Source of the DNA: a virus
IMG/VR virus record: IMGVR_UViG_3300027917_000032
Location: 1 to 64,000 of that record
Direction: 5' to 3' (one strand)
Length of the DNA: 64,000 nucleotides
Below are positions 41,101 through 50,282 of this stretch, piece after piece; the first letter of the stretch is position 1, and each line of letters starts with the position of its first letter. The notes beneath the pieces are model-generated. The model ran no database searches. It saw only the letters and a list, made by a program, of their open reading frames with translations, and was not told the origin of the DNA. The position numbers were made by a program, and so were the translations under genes.

Positions 41101-43041
41101 TTACTCCTCCTCCTCGGTTACGCCAACGCTGGCTTTCATCTCGCCAAGAGTCATAAGCTCCAGTCGTCTGTTATCTCTCAAAATGTCACGCACCCGCTCG
41201 TCCGTAGGCAAGTGGATCAGGTCAACGATAGTCGCCCCCAGGTTCTCATCGGTGCCGAGACGGTGGATACGATCCTCGGCCTGCGACCGTGATTCGGGAT
41301 CGAAGTCGTTACTGTAGAACACAGCCATACGCGACTCGGTGAGCGTGAGGCTCATACCGCCCGACTTCGGGTGGGCAACAAACGCGACGCGCGGGTGCCG
41401 CTCAGTATCCGCCCAGTAGTCGAGTGGTTTGTCCACCATGAGCGGCGACCCATCAATGTCCCACACTTTCCAACCTCGACCGTCAACACGAATCACCGAC
41501 CACTTCTCCTTCGCACAGAGCTTAACGATTCGGTCGAGCGTGCCTGTAAATCCGGCAAACACAACGAGTCGCCCTTGCTCCTCGTTTTCCTCAAGCAGTT
41601 CCACCAACGCCTTATCCTTCGGGCAAGGAACTTCTTTTGTGACTCGTATGCGATGCGGTACTTCAGCGTCACCGCCGCAAGTGGGACAGTCTTGAAGCTC
41701 TTTCCGCAGTGTGTCAACATACTCTGGGTCAAGCATGTCTGTCATTTCAAACTTTCGGTCGGGGTCATCTGTGTCCACCCAGATTGCCGACTTGCCCGGT
41801 GTCTCACTCTGAGCACAAACGGGACAGGGCTCGGTGCCATCGACCTTCTCACGGTATTGGAAACCGTCACTAAGCTCCCGCAGCCAAGTGAGGCCGGTGA
41901 TTGCATTAGGCGCGATCTTGACGAGCGCCTTTGCCACACGCTCGGTCGTAGGTGACGGCTCACAGTGGACAGTGCGATAAACCTTATCAGGTAGATCGAG
42001 ACAATCCTTCTTGTGCAGAACCAGTACCAAGCCTTGCAGCCGTTCGTTTAAGTACGCCACTTCGTTGAAGCTCGGCTCCCACGGGTGATAATCCTCCTCG
42101 AACGCCATTTCCAAATGCTGCTCCTCATCGGCGTACCCGCCACACACGGCACACTTGTCGGCGTCGTCTTTCCATGTCACGCGCTGGAGAATTTTACCTT
42201 GCGGCAATTCCTTCTCCATGAAGATTCCCAGGCGGCGCTCAAAAGCTTTCATGTCGCCCTCCCGCAAGAAGCCAGGAGCGACAATCTCCGCTTGCGACCA
42301 CCAATCAACCGGTGACTTCGGAGAAGGTGTGCCCGACATGGCGATAACATAACCTTGCGAACCATACGCATCCCGAATACCATCGGCCAACGCCTGCGCG
42401 GCTTGCGACCGTTGTGAAGTGTGATTCTTCAATCGGCTGGATTCATCGAAGATTACTCCGTGCGGTGGCAGCGTGCCGGGCACCCAAGACTTCATCTTAC
42501 TCCGCAACGCCTCATAGGTGAACAGTTGAAGCTCGACGCCTTCCAAACCCCACTTATCAAATTCACGCTGCACAGCCCGCAGACCGGATTTCGGCCCCAC
42601 CCACCACCAATCCGGGAATCCTGACCGCTCCATCACTTCTATTGCAGAGAGAGTTTTTCCCGTGCCCATTTCTGCCGCGAGCACGCAGTAGTGATAGGTA
42701 AGCCCCCAGTTTGACATTAGTTTCTGGTGGGTACGCAGTGGGCGCTCGTAGTCAAACTCCTCAAGCGGCTTCTCCCAACGCTTGTAGGGGTTCTTCCCTT
42801 GCATAAAGTTGAGTTGGAAGCGGTTGCGAGTACAGTCAGCGACGGACCAGATTTTACGCGGATTATTGTCGTCGTAGCCGTGCCACTTGGAGCCTTTCAT
42901 CGCCTTGATTTCGTCTTTCAACGCATACGGACTCTTGAGAAATTCGATACGGCCCTTGTCTACGCTGATCGTCGCGGGCACTTTGATTAGCTTGCCTTTA
43001 GTCGTTTGCGTGATGAGTCGGATTTCTTTTGGGTCACTCAT
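41101..43041 (-). CDS. SF2 (SNF2-like) helicase with zinc-finger insertion
   Basis: AEMGTGKT, FDESS, SGTP, G.SLTL, QAEDRIHRLG; CPVC...CPTC. Confidence 0.9.
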   Translation of the reverse strand: MSDPKEIRLITQTTKGKLIKVPATISVDKGRIEFLKSPYALKDEIKAMKGSKWHGYDDNNPRKIWSVADCTRNRFQLNFMQGKNPYKRWEKPLEEFDYERPLRTHQKLMSNWGLTYHYCVLAAEMGTGKTLSAIEVMERSGFPDWWWVGPKSGLRAVQREFDKWGLEGVELQLFTYEALRSKMKSWVPGTLPPHGVIFDESSRLKNHTSQRSQAAQALADGIRDAYGSQGYVIAMSGTPSPKSPVDWWSQAEIVAPGFLREGDMKAFERRLGIFMEKELPQGKILQRVTWKDDADKCAVCGGYADEEQHLEMAFEEDYHPWEPSFNEVAYLNERLQGLVLVLHKKDCLDLPDKVYRTVHCEPSPTTERVAKALVKIAPNAITGLTWLRELSDGFQYREKVDGTEPCPVCAQSETPGKSAIWVDTDDPDRKFEMTDMLDPEYVDTLRKELQDCPTCGGDAEVPHRIRVTKEVPCPKDKALVELLEENEEQGRLVVFAGFTGTLDRIVKLCAKEKWSVIRVDGRGWKVWDIDGSPLMVDKPLDYWADTERHPRVAFVAHPKSGGMSLTLTESRMAVFYSNDFDPESRSQAEDRIHRLGTDENLGATIVDLIHLPTDERVRDILRDNRRLELMTLGEMKASVGVTEEEE

Positions 43042-43229
43042 AGGTCTACTCGGAACGCCTCCATTTTCTGAGGGATGGCGGAAATGATGATAGGATCGCG
43101 GTCCTGTAAGAAGGATCGACTATCAACGAAATTGTGAATTGCTTTTGGTTTCGAGAACGGTCGCGGCGTGCCTCTACGGTCGCAGACGATTTTTCGCACG
43201 TCCCTATCCAGCACCATGATATAGTACAC
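43038..43229 (-). CDS. hypothetical protein
   Basis: Packed ORF with GGAGG RBS. Confidence 0.55.
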   Translation of the reverse strand: MYYIMVLDRDVRKIVCDRRGTPRPFSKPKAIHNFVDSRSFLQDRDPIIISAIPQKMEAFRVDL

Positions 43230-43759
43230 TACCGCTTAACCTCCAGCAAAAAGGTTTGATCGTCTTGCGGCACAATCCGCAATCCGTAGAACAGGTCACG
43301 CAAGCCTACCGATTCAAAGTGGCGGTAGATCATATTTAACGCATACCTAACGCCGGGCGGGCAGGGAGTATTTCGGCACCCTTTTAGCACTGCCTCACGC
43401 CACTGAGTTAGTGTGCCCGACACGATGGTAGCAAAGATGCCACGTTGCGTCGTCTCTGTTACTGCAATTTCCATGCCGGAAACCGCTTCAAGTATGTCCA
43501 GTGTGTCTAACTCCGTCGCCACGATGAAGAAACCCGCAGTAAGCAAGCTCCATTGAGGACGCGCCCAACCAACAGAAATGGGAGCCTTCGCGTCTTTGAA
43601 CGCCGCGAGGCATGACAAGGCGTGTGGCAATTCATCCAGTGGCACAGTGGCAGCATCAGCCGCTTTAGCAAGACTATAGCCCAGCACGTTGCGTGCCACC
43701 GGAAGCAGACGGTTCAAATCCAGCTTTGTCTGCATGATCGGAATTACGCCGGGTTTCAT
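43229..43759 (-). CDS. hypothetical protein, possibly a degenerate ThyX-like fold
   Basis: TIVSGTLTQWREAV..GC....VR....IY resembles the ThyX C-terminus; RHRxxS motif absent. Confidence 0.45.
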   Translation of the reverse strand: MKPGVIPIMQTKLDLNRLLPVARNVLGYSLAKAADAATVPLDELPHALSCLAAFKDAKAPISVGWARPQWSLLTAGFFIVATELDTLDILEAVSGMEIAVTETTQRGIFATIVSGTLTQWREAVLKGCRNTPCPPGVRYALNMIYRHFESVGLRDLFYGLRIVPQDDQTFLLEVKR

Positions 43760-43824
43760 CTAGCTCCTCCAACCAAATAAGGGACTCATTTCGCATCGGT
43801 GTGAGTATGAGTTGTGGCCGGTAC

Positions 43825-44208
43825 TCATAACTCCTCGTCTTGATCCCTCCCGGAATCATCTGGGTCATCAGTCTCTCCCTCGTTGTGTAGCCCAACCCAC
43901 TGCGTATCAAAATTCACCGTGGCTTCTTGAGGCGTGTTCCCATAGGCTTCAACCCCCGACTGCCCGAAAGCATTATCTGGTAGGTAGTCAGCGTAATGCG
44001 TGTTCGATACACCGTAGCTACAAACCCACCGCAAGCCATCGTGGTATAGTAAAACCGGATACATGCGATGCGGTAACAACTGGAACGTGGCAAGACGTTT
44101 GGCTGCTTCGGCGGCTTCAGCTTCGGCTTTGGCTTTTATCACCCAATAACGGCGCACTAAATCAGCGCACATTTCATCCGTCAATGGACCGGTAAGAAAA
44201 TCAGTCAT
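43825..44208 (-). CDS. hypothetical protein
   Basis: AGGA RBS before MTDFL. Confidence 0.55.
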   Translation of the reverse strand: MTDFLTGPLTDEMCADLVRRYWVIKAKAEAEAAEAAKRLATFQLLPHRMYPVLLYHDGLRWVCSYGVSNTHYADYLPDNAFGQSGVEAYGNTPQEATVNFDTQWVGLHNEGETDDPDDSGRDQDEEL

Positions 44209-44219
44209 TTTGAATCCTG

Positions 44220-44262
44220 AAGAAAGATATGGTGCCCAAGTCGCCCCGTGACTTGGGGCACC
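44220..44262 (-). terminator. probable terminator
   Basis: GGTGCCCCAAGTC-loop-GACTTGGGCACC hairpin followed by ATATCTTTCTT. Confidence 0.65.
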
Positions 44263-44277
44263 ATACAAGTTTGCCGT

Positions 44278-45003
44278 TTAACGCGCCCGACGCTTCGCCG
44301 CGGCGGTTTCAGCTTCGGTTACGTTCTGCACACCGTTATCCTTAACTTCGATGAACTTGCGCATCTCCTCACGCAACACGTCCAGCGACGGGGTTTTGGT
44401 GAAAGGTTCCGAGCATTTGTTGACAACCGGAACATGCCAACCCCAGGAGCCACGCTTAGCGTAGCGAACAGTCAATGTGCAGGGCAGGGGGCCATGAGCG
44501 TCAATACCTTGCTTTGCCGCCGTGGCCTCACTGACAGGCAGGAAGTTGATAAGATCGCCAGAAACGGCGCGAGACGACTTCGTGCCCATGAAGAACTCAA
44601 AACAGCGTCCCGTCGAACGCTCCACTACCAGGAATGACGGCCCCCACATGCAGCCACTATCCTGTTCACCCGAACGCGCCTTAATATCCTGAAACTCAGG
44701 CGTGCTCATGTCATACACCGCGACAACAGCTTCGCGGTCACTCATGTCCAGAGCTTTTGCCCGAACAGCCAGGGGGAGAATGTCAATTGACGAGCCAAGA
44801 TCGTCAATCTCTTCGCCGCCAGGGAGGGGGATGCCATAGTGACCGGGCTTAATCTTCCCGGTATCCACGTACTTCCCTTTGGTAATCAGTTGCAGGCGCT
44901 GAAGGTAATCAACACCCTTGGACAACTCATCCATCTGCTCCGCTGTAACAAGCTCAGTCGTCGGAAGGGCAGAAGCATCGAACGGGATCAAATCAGTACT
45001 CAT
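44278..45003 (-). CDS. putative ssDNA-binding/replication accessory protein
   Basis: Beta-rich (RLQL....IKPG.Y), next to replication genes and followed by a terminator; function inferred. Confidence 0.45.
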   Translation of the reverse strand: MSTDLIPFDASALPTTELVTAEQMDELSKGVDYLQRLQLITKGKYVDTGKIKPGHYGIPLPGGEEIDDLGSSIDILPLAVRAKALDMSDREAVVAVYDMSTPEFQDIKARSGEQDSGCMWGPSFLVVERSTGRCFEFFMGTKSSRAVSGDLINFLPVSEATAAKQGIDAHGPLPCTLTVRYAKRGSWGWHVPVVNKCSEPFTKTPSLDVLREEMRKFIEVKDNGVQNVTEAETAAAKRRAR

Positions 45004-45941
45004 CACTCAGTCTCCAGATTAAGGTTTCCGCCAATTTCTCTTAACTCTCGAAGCTGTTGGCGTTCCAGCTTCCTACGCTCCATTTCATGCTCACGTTGCT
45101 GTAGACGTGCCTTGAACATTTCTTCTTGCCGTACCAGGCTTTTAGGGTCTAGGTGCAAAATCCATTCCAAACACGCCATCCAACCATCAGAAGGCGTCTC
45201 GGCTTTTCTCAAACGAAGGATCAAACCTTGCACCTGCGGGTTTTTGTATTCGCTACAAATCTGGGTGAACTTTCGCAGGTAGGGGATTGGGTCTGGTCTG
45301 TTTATGTTGTGTTCATCAATGAACTTTCTCTGTGCTGCCTCACGGTACTCCCGCATCACCTGATGGAACATTGTCTTAAATTCTGCACACGTCAGCGTGA
45401 CCGCGCTCTCGATGTAAGCATCTTGCAAGCAATAAGGTGTCTTGGCTAACAGGCAGGCGGATTGAAGCGGGATTTCGCCCCGCCGCAACATTTCTTTGTA
45501 AGCAGGCCGCAGATCATTTAAGTCTAAAATCTGCCGCACCCATGAGGGGCTTTTACGAATCAGCCGTGATAACTGCGGAACAGTCATGCCAGGATTGTTG
45601 TGCAAAATCCGTTCCAAACGAACAGCAAATTCTACCGGTCTTGTTTCAGGTCGGATTCCATTAGCCTGAAGCTGTATGACTAGCATCTCGTCATCGGTCA
45701 TCTCTTGTATTTGACACGGGATTGTCTCCATGCGCAACTGCTTACAGCAGTGATAACGCCAATTACCCTCAACAACCTCGTACTCAGCGGGGCCGATAAA
45801 CCGCACGAGAATGGGCTGCAACACGCCTTTGTCACGAATCGAGTCTAACAACTCATTGTACTCAACGCTCTCTGTGCGTACCGGACGGAGTAAACACCGG
45901 GGGCTGCGTATTCGATCCAAGTGTATCTCCGCTAGTCGCAT
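45003..45941 (-). CDS. ParB/RepB/Spo0J-like protein
   Basis: L..SI...GVLQPILVR, VVEGNWRY, QANGIR, HTH; start MRLAEI with GGAGG/GAGG RBS. Confidence 0.85.
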   Translation of the reverse strand: MRLAEIHLDRIRSPRCLLRPVRTESVEYNELLDSIRDKGVLQPILVRFIGPAEYEVVEGNWRYHCCKQLRMETIPCQIQEMTDDEMLVIQLQANGIRPETRPVEFAVRLERILHNNPGMTVPQLSRLIRKSPSWVRQILDLNDLRPAYKEMLRRGEIPLQSACLLAKTPYCLQDAYIESAVTLTCAEFKTMFHQVMREYREAAQRKFIDEHNINRPDPIPYLRKFTQICSEYKNPQVQGLILRLRKAETPSDGWMACLEWILHLDPKSLVRQEEMFKARLQQREHEMERRKLERQQLRELREIGGNLNLETE

Positions 45942-45947
45942 CCTCGT

Positions 45948-45975
45948 TCCTCCATAGTATATGGTAGCTACGTTT
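45948..45975 (-). promoter_or_regulatory. 28-bp control element, leftward copy
   Basis: AAACGTAGCTACCATATACTATGGAGGA; 26/28 identical to 46547..46574. Confidence 0.75.
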
Positions 45976-46056
45976 CCGAGTTCTTGGCGCGGTAAAACAG
46001 ATTTTTCTGGAAAAAGTTTAGCCCCTCCCTTGAAAGTGGCAATACTGAACATTTGA

Positions 46057-46480
46057 CTATCCACACTATCAGGGGTTTTCGACGCGGCAGATAGGATAAA
46101 AACTACCACCTTTGCGGGGTTCATCCACTCGCCATCCTACCTAATCTGAGGGGAAGGATAGAAATGACCATCACAGAAATCCCGTATTTTCTAGGCCGAA
46201 TGCGCGCACGACGCGGCAGATAGGATGAAAATGAGTGGATGGCGCAGAAAACTCTCCCTACAGATATTTTCTTTCTTCTTGTCTCTACAGACCTTTTTTT
46301 ATTCTCTATCCACTCAATTCTATCCACTGGTGTTATCCGACTACTAGGAGAAAACCATCATAGCTAGTGTTTTGACGTTTTGACGCGGCGGCGTTTCGAG
46401 TGGATGAACCCCTCAGACTAGGTAGGATAAAATGCCGTTTGAGTGGATGAAACCCCTGAAAGTAGTAGTTTCCATCCTAC
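46057..46480. other. putative replication origin / iteron region
   Basis: Repeated ATCCAC(T)/GAGTGGAT, TAGGAT and CGACGCGGCAGATAGGAT motifs around a T-rich core, next to the primase-helicase. Confidence 0.6.
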
Positions 46481-46546
46481 GCGGTGTCGCGTACTTAAAC
46501 CTGGGGGGTTTTCACTTTTTTCAAAATCGCGTGCAACAAATCACGC

Positions 46547-46574
46547 AAACGTAGCTACCATAGACTGTGGAGGA
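46547..46574 (+). promoter_or_regulatory. 28-bp control element, rightward copy
   Basis: AAACGTAGCTACCATAGACTGTGGAGGA. Confidence 0.75.
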
Positions 46575-46603
46575 TGACGATAGCCTCAAGCTGGAGATAC
46601 TTG

Positions 46604-49351
46604 ATGACGAAGATTCTGGATGCTTTTGGGAATTTCTTTCGGGCAGTGGTGTTGCCAAAACACAACAACCCCGATTTCTTTTGCCGCTGGTTGGACAACT
46701 CACCAGATTTGGAAACCCAACTTCTTGTTGCTCCGGGTAAAGGCTACCCTGTTGAGGGCTACCGTAATGTGTGGACAGACGGAGAACAGGAATGGTTTAA
46801 CATACGGTATCCCAAGAACGCTATGGGTGAGCCCTACTGGCGCGACCGCGAGCTTAACTTCGACCTGGGTGAGCATTGGCTTGGCATTGGTACGACGTGG
46901 TGGGATTGGACAAAGCGTGAGTCCGTCGCGTGCGCCTTCGACTTTGATGAAGTCACGTCACACGCGCCCGGCGTTGGTGTATCTGACGATGAACTAGACA
47001 AGGTGAAGACCCGCGCCTGCGAGCTTGACTACGTTGAAGTCTTGAAATCAACGGGTGGCGGCGGCCTTCACATTTATATCTGGTTTGATGAAAATGACCG
47101 GCCCCGCACGGAGAATCATACAGAGCACGCTGCCATCGCCCGCGCCATGCTCGGCAAGCTCAGTACCGACGCAGCGTTCGACTTCGGCAGTCACTTGGAC
47201 GTGTGCGGCGGGAATATGTGGGTGGCCCACCAGAAAATGTTTGGCACAGATGGGTTTGAATGTGTCAAAAAGGCCACACGGCTGTTGACAAATAAAGACA
47301 TCCCGCCGAATTGGCGGGACCATCTTGAAGTAATCGGCGGAAAATCCACAAAAGTGCGCGTTGTTGGCGTCACCGATAGCGGCGAAGAGATTGACGAACA
47401 AGACCCACTGGCCGAATTGACAACTGCTCACCCCAAGGTTCCGCTGGATGAAACACATAAGAAAATCATCGCAGACTTGGAAATGACAGGCGCATCCTGC
47501 CTCTGGGTGCCCGATCACAATTTGGTACAGACACACACTTGCGCTTTGAAAACTGTGGCCGAACAGTGGGCCGATCAAGGCCACGCCATGCGTGGCTTCT
47601 TCAACACGCTGTCGCCGGGAACCGATTTGGGAAAACCCAACTGCTTTATGATCCCGAAACGGGACGGGGCTTTCATGGTTTTTCGGTTCGGTAAAGGTAC
47701 GTTGGAGCATGGGCTTTGGAAACAGGATCGGCAGGGGTGGACGTGGTGTAGTTACAACAAAGCTCCCGACCTCTATGAAGCGGCTATTGCTCTTGGTGGT
47801 GCAGAGTTAGAAGGCAACAAGGGGTTCCACTTTGGCTCACTTGTAAATGCCGGGCAAGTCGTTAAAGCTATCGGCTCTAAGCTCTCGCTCCCTGCTGGGA
47901 ATGATTACGACCAGCGAACTGCAATCCTCCGTAGGAATAATGACGGCAGGCTCGTGGTAGAGATTGACCGTTGGGAAGGTGATACCGGCTTCGACAACTG
48001 GAACGGGCAGAAGAAGAACAAATGGATTAAGGTGTTCAATATCTGTGTGGACACTACGGAAGCCGACGATGACTACAGCCGCTATGATACTCTCGTTCGC
48101 TCCTGTCGCTCCCCTTCAGACGCCGACGCCGGTTGGCGGATTCGTGTCAACGGAGGGAGTTGGATCAAACACCCGCGAGAGAATGTGACCAGCGTTCTCA
48201 GTTTGGTCAAACCGCCCGACGTGCAAACAAACAACATCCTGGGCACAGCGATTATGAATCAGTGGATCATGGTCTGCAAGCCTTTTCACGAAGAGCACCC
48301 TGGCGGTCGTCAATGGAATCTTGGGGCTCCTCAGTTTATCTACCAACCCGCAGTAATCGAGGATGAGGAGAAACCGCAGCACCCGCACTGGGATCGTGTC
48401 ATGGCCCACTGCGGGGAGGAACTAACACCGATCATTCGGAAATCCTCGTGGTGTCGCCACTGGGGTATTTTCAATGGCTGCGACTATCTTACTGCTTGGA
48501 TTTCATGCTTGCTGCGGGAGCCATTTGAGCCGCTCCCATACCTCTTCATGTACGGCCCACAAAACTCGGGTAAGTCAATCTTCCATGAGGCAATCAGTTT
48601 ACTTATTACTGGTGGCGTGGTTAAAGCCGACCGTGCTTTGACCAATGCCAGCGACTTTAATGGTGAACTTGCAAATGCAGTCTTGGGGGTAGTTGATGAA
48701 GTAGATATTGCGAAGGCTGGCCCCGCCGTCTACAACAAAATCAAAGAATGGACGACGAGCCAGTATATTAGCATCCACGCTAAGTATCAACAAGTCTACC
48801 AACAGCGGAATTGCTTGCACTTTGTTCAAACCGCAAATTTCCGTAATAGTTGCCCAATCTTTCCAGGGGACACGCGGATAACGGCGATGTATGTTGGGCC
48901 TTTGTTGGAGGAGATACCTAAGCCTCGCCTCACTCAATTGCTAGAGGCAGAAGCCCCGAACTTCATGGCGACCTTGTTGGGCATGTCACTTCCGACTTCG
49001 GAGACACGCCTACGCCTGCCTATTCTCGACACAGTTGGTAAGGAACAAGCGGCGGAAGGGAACAGGGATTCCTTGGAGGAATTTATCGCGGACTCGTGTT
49101 ACGAAGTGCCGGGCTGCAAAGTGCCTCTCAAGACATTCTATGAAACATTCAACGATACGTTGTCTGCTTTCGAGTCGGCACGTTGGACAAAGACACGGGT
49201 ACGGCGCTCGCTGCCCGATAATTTTCCTGTTGGTAAGAGCACGGGAGGTCAGTTGTATGTTGGCAACATCAGTTTAATCGAGAAAGAGATTGATCCCAAG
49301 GCTCCTCGGTATGTTGCCAGTGGCTCTTATTTGAAACTGGAAGAGGAGTGA
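46604..49351 (+). CDS. primase-helicase (AEP/prim-pol-like N-terminus, SF3/D5-like NTPase C-terminus)
   Basis: AFDFD, STGGGGLHIY; YGPQNSGKS, VVDEV, QTAN. Confidence 0.88.
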   Translation: MTKILDAFGNFFRAVVLPKHNNPDFFCRWLDNSPDLETQLLVAPGKGYPVEGYRNVWTDGEQEWFNIRYPKNAMGEPYWRDRELNFDLGEHWLGIGTTWWDWTKRESVACAFDFDEVTSHAPGVGVSDDELDKVKTRACELDYVEVLKSTGGGGLHIYIWFDENDRPRTENHTEHAAIARAMLGKLSTDAAFDFGSHLDVCGGNMWVAHQKMFGTDGFECVKKATRLLTNKDIPPNWRDHLEVIGGKSTKVRVVGVTDSGEEIDEQDPLAELTTAHPKVPLDETHKKIIADLEMTGASCLWVPDHNLVQTHTCALKTVAEQWADQGHAMRGFFNTLSPGTDLGKPNCFMIPKRDGAFMVFRFGKGTLEHGLWKQDRQGWTWCSYNKAPDLYEAAIALGGAELEGNKGFHFGSLVNAGQVVKAIGSKLSLPAGNDYDQRTAILRRNNDGRLVVEIDRWEGDTGFDNWNGQKKNKWIKVFNICVDTTEADDDYSRYDTLVRSCRSPSDADAGWRIRVNGGSWIKHPRENVTSVLSLVKPPDVQTNNILGTAIMNQWIMVCKPFHEEHPGGRQWNLGAPQFIYQPAVIEDEEKPQHPHWDRVMAHCGEELTPIIRKSSWCRHWGIFNGCDYLTAWISCLLREPFEPLPYLFMYGPQNSGKSIFHEAISLLITGGVVKADRALTNASDFNGELANAVLGVVDEVDIAKAGPAVYNKIKEWTTSQYISIHAKYQQVYQQRNCLHFVQTANFRNSCPIFPGDTRITAMYVGPLLEEIPKPRLTQLLEAEAPNFMATLLGMSLPTSETRLRLPILDTVGKEQAAEGNRDSLEEFIADSCYEVPGCKVPLKTFYETFNDTLSAFESARWTKTRVRRSLPDNFPVGKSTGGQLYVGNISLIEKEIDPKAPRYVASGSYLKLEEE

Positions 49352-49354
49352 CCC

Positions 49355-49531
49355 ATGTACCGGATTATGATTTGCCAAAGCGTATGTGCTAGTGGCTCGG
49401 TAATCATCGCTCGAACGCTGGCAACATTATACGAAAATGAAGTTCCTGATGATATTGAAACAATCGTTGAGGAACTTGGCGGCGACTACTACGACATTCA
49501 AAACGAGGAGGATGACGATGGCGAAAATTGA
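49355..49531 (+). CDS. small acidic protein (58 aa, not in ORF track)
   Basis: GAGGAG RBS; fills the gap between primase and the next gene. Confidence 0.55.
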   Translation: MYRIMICQSVCASGSVIIARTLATLYENEVPDDIETIVEELGGDYYDIQNEEDDDGEN

Positions 49532-50282
49532 CTACAGCGTGGGGGATATTAACAGCACAAAGAAGGGTTCAGGTGCCCGAGCCAACAGTGGTAAGATTTC
49601 CTTTGCCGTGACCCCACTCCCGTTGCTGGCGGGCTGCGCCCGCGTTTGGATGAGTGGCCTGCTCAAGTACGCACCGTGGAATTGGGCCAAGGGAATGAAG
49701 TGGAGTGTACCCTTTGACTGCCTCTGTCGTCACCTGTTCAAGTGGTGGTATCTGGGAGAAGATATTGACCCCGAATCCGGTGAGCATCACCTTGACCTTG
49801 TGTTCTGCAACCTCTTCATGCTCAAGCACTACACTAAGACCTTTACAGAGGGCGACGACCGCCCGCCTGAGTACGCCGATTTCGGCCCGTGGTTGGATGA
49901 CTTCAACACGCCTTTTGATGAGGCGGGGTTCTTGGAGCGGAACCCGGATATTGCCCGCATGATTGAAGAACGCAAGGCTCAGGAAGAAGTGGAAGCAGCG
50001 GAAGCAGCGGAAGCAGCGGAAGCAGCGGAAGCAGCGGAAGCAGCGGAAGGTGTCACCTGGCACGAAGGAGCAAAAGACTCCGCCGTGCGCAAGCACTACG
50101 GGATCATTTACCGTGCGGAGTCAAGAAAGAAGATAGCCGCTGGGGAGAAAAAGTTCACGCAAGACGAGATTACGGCCATGTGGGCCGCAGCCCGTGAGCG
50201 CGCCCTTGCCGAGGCGACGCAAAAGGATAGTTGCTCTTGTCCCGACAATGTTGATTGCCGTGGTTGTCGAGGAGGTTTCTAA
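49518..50282 (+). CDS. dATP/dGTP diphosphohydrolase (DUF5664) domain protein
   Basis: GARANSGK..F...P, ARV...G..KY...NW.KG, DPESG.HHL; GAGGAGG RBS. Confidence 0.85.
   Translation: MAKIDYSVGDINSTKKGSGARANSGKISFAVTPLPLLAGCARVWMSGLLKYAPWNWAKGMKWSVPFDCLCRHLFKWWYLGEDIDPESGEHHLDLVFCNLFMLKHYTKTFTEGDDRPPEYADFGPWLDDFNTPFDEAGFLERNPDIARMIEERKAQEEVEAAEAAEAAEAAEAAEAAEGVTWHEGAKDSAVRKHYGIIYRAESRKKIAAGEKKFTQDEITAMWAAARERALAEATQKDSCSCPDNVDCRGCRGGF
49991..50049 (+). repeat. 9-bp tandem repeat GGAAGCAGC x6 (EAA linker)
   Basis: Six perfect copies plus GGAAG. Confidence 0.95.

Noticed and set aside
45942-46327. N-terminal extension of ParB and ORF 46121..46327
   Set aside because: They overlap the repeat-rich control region; ParB homology and RBS start at 45941
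24074-49351. Inteins or group I introns in polymerase, helicase or primase
   Set aside because: No intein splice motifs or frame interruptions; the insertions are short Cys-rich segments
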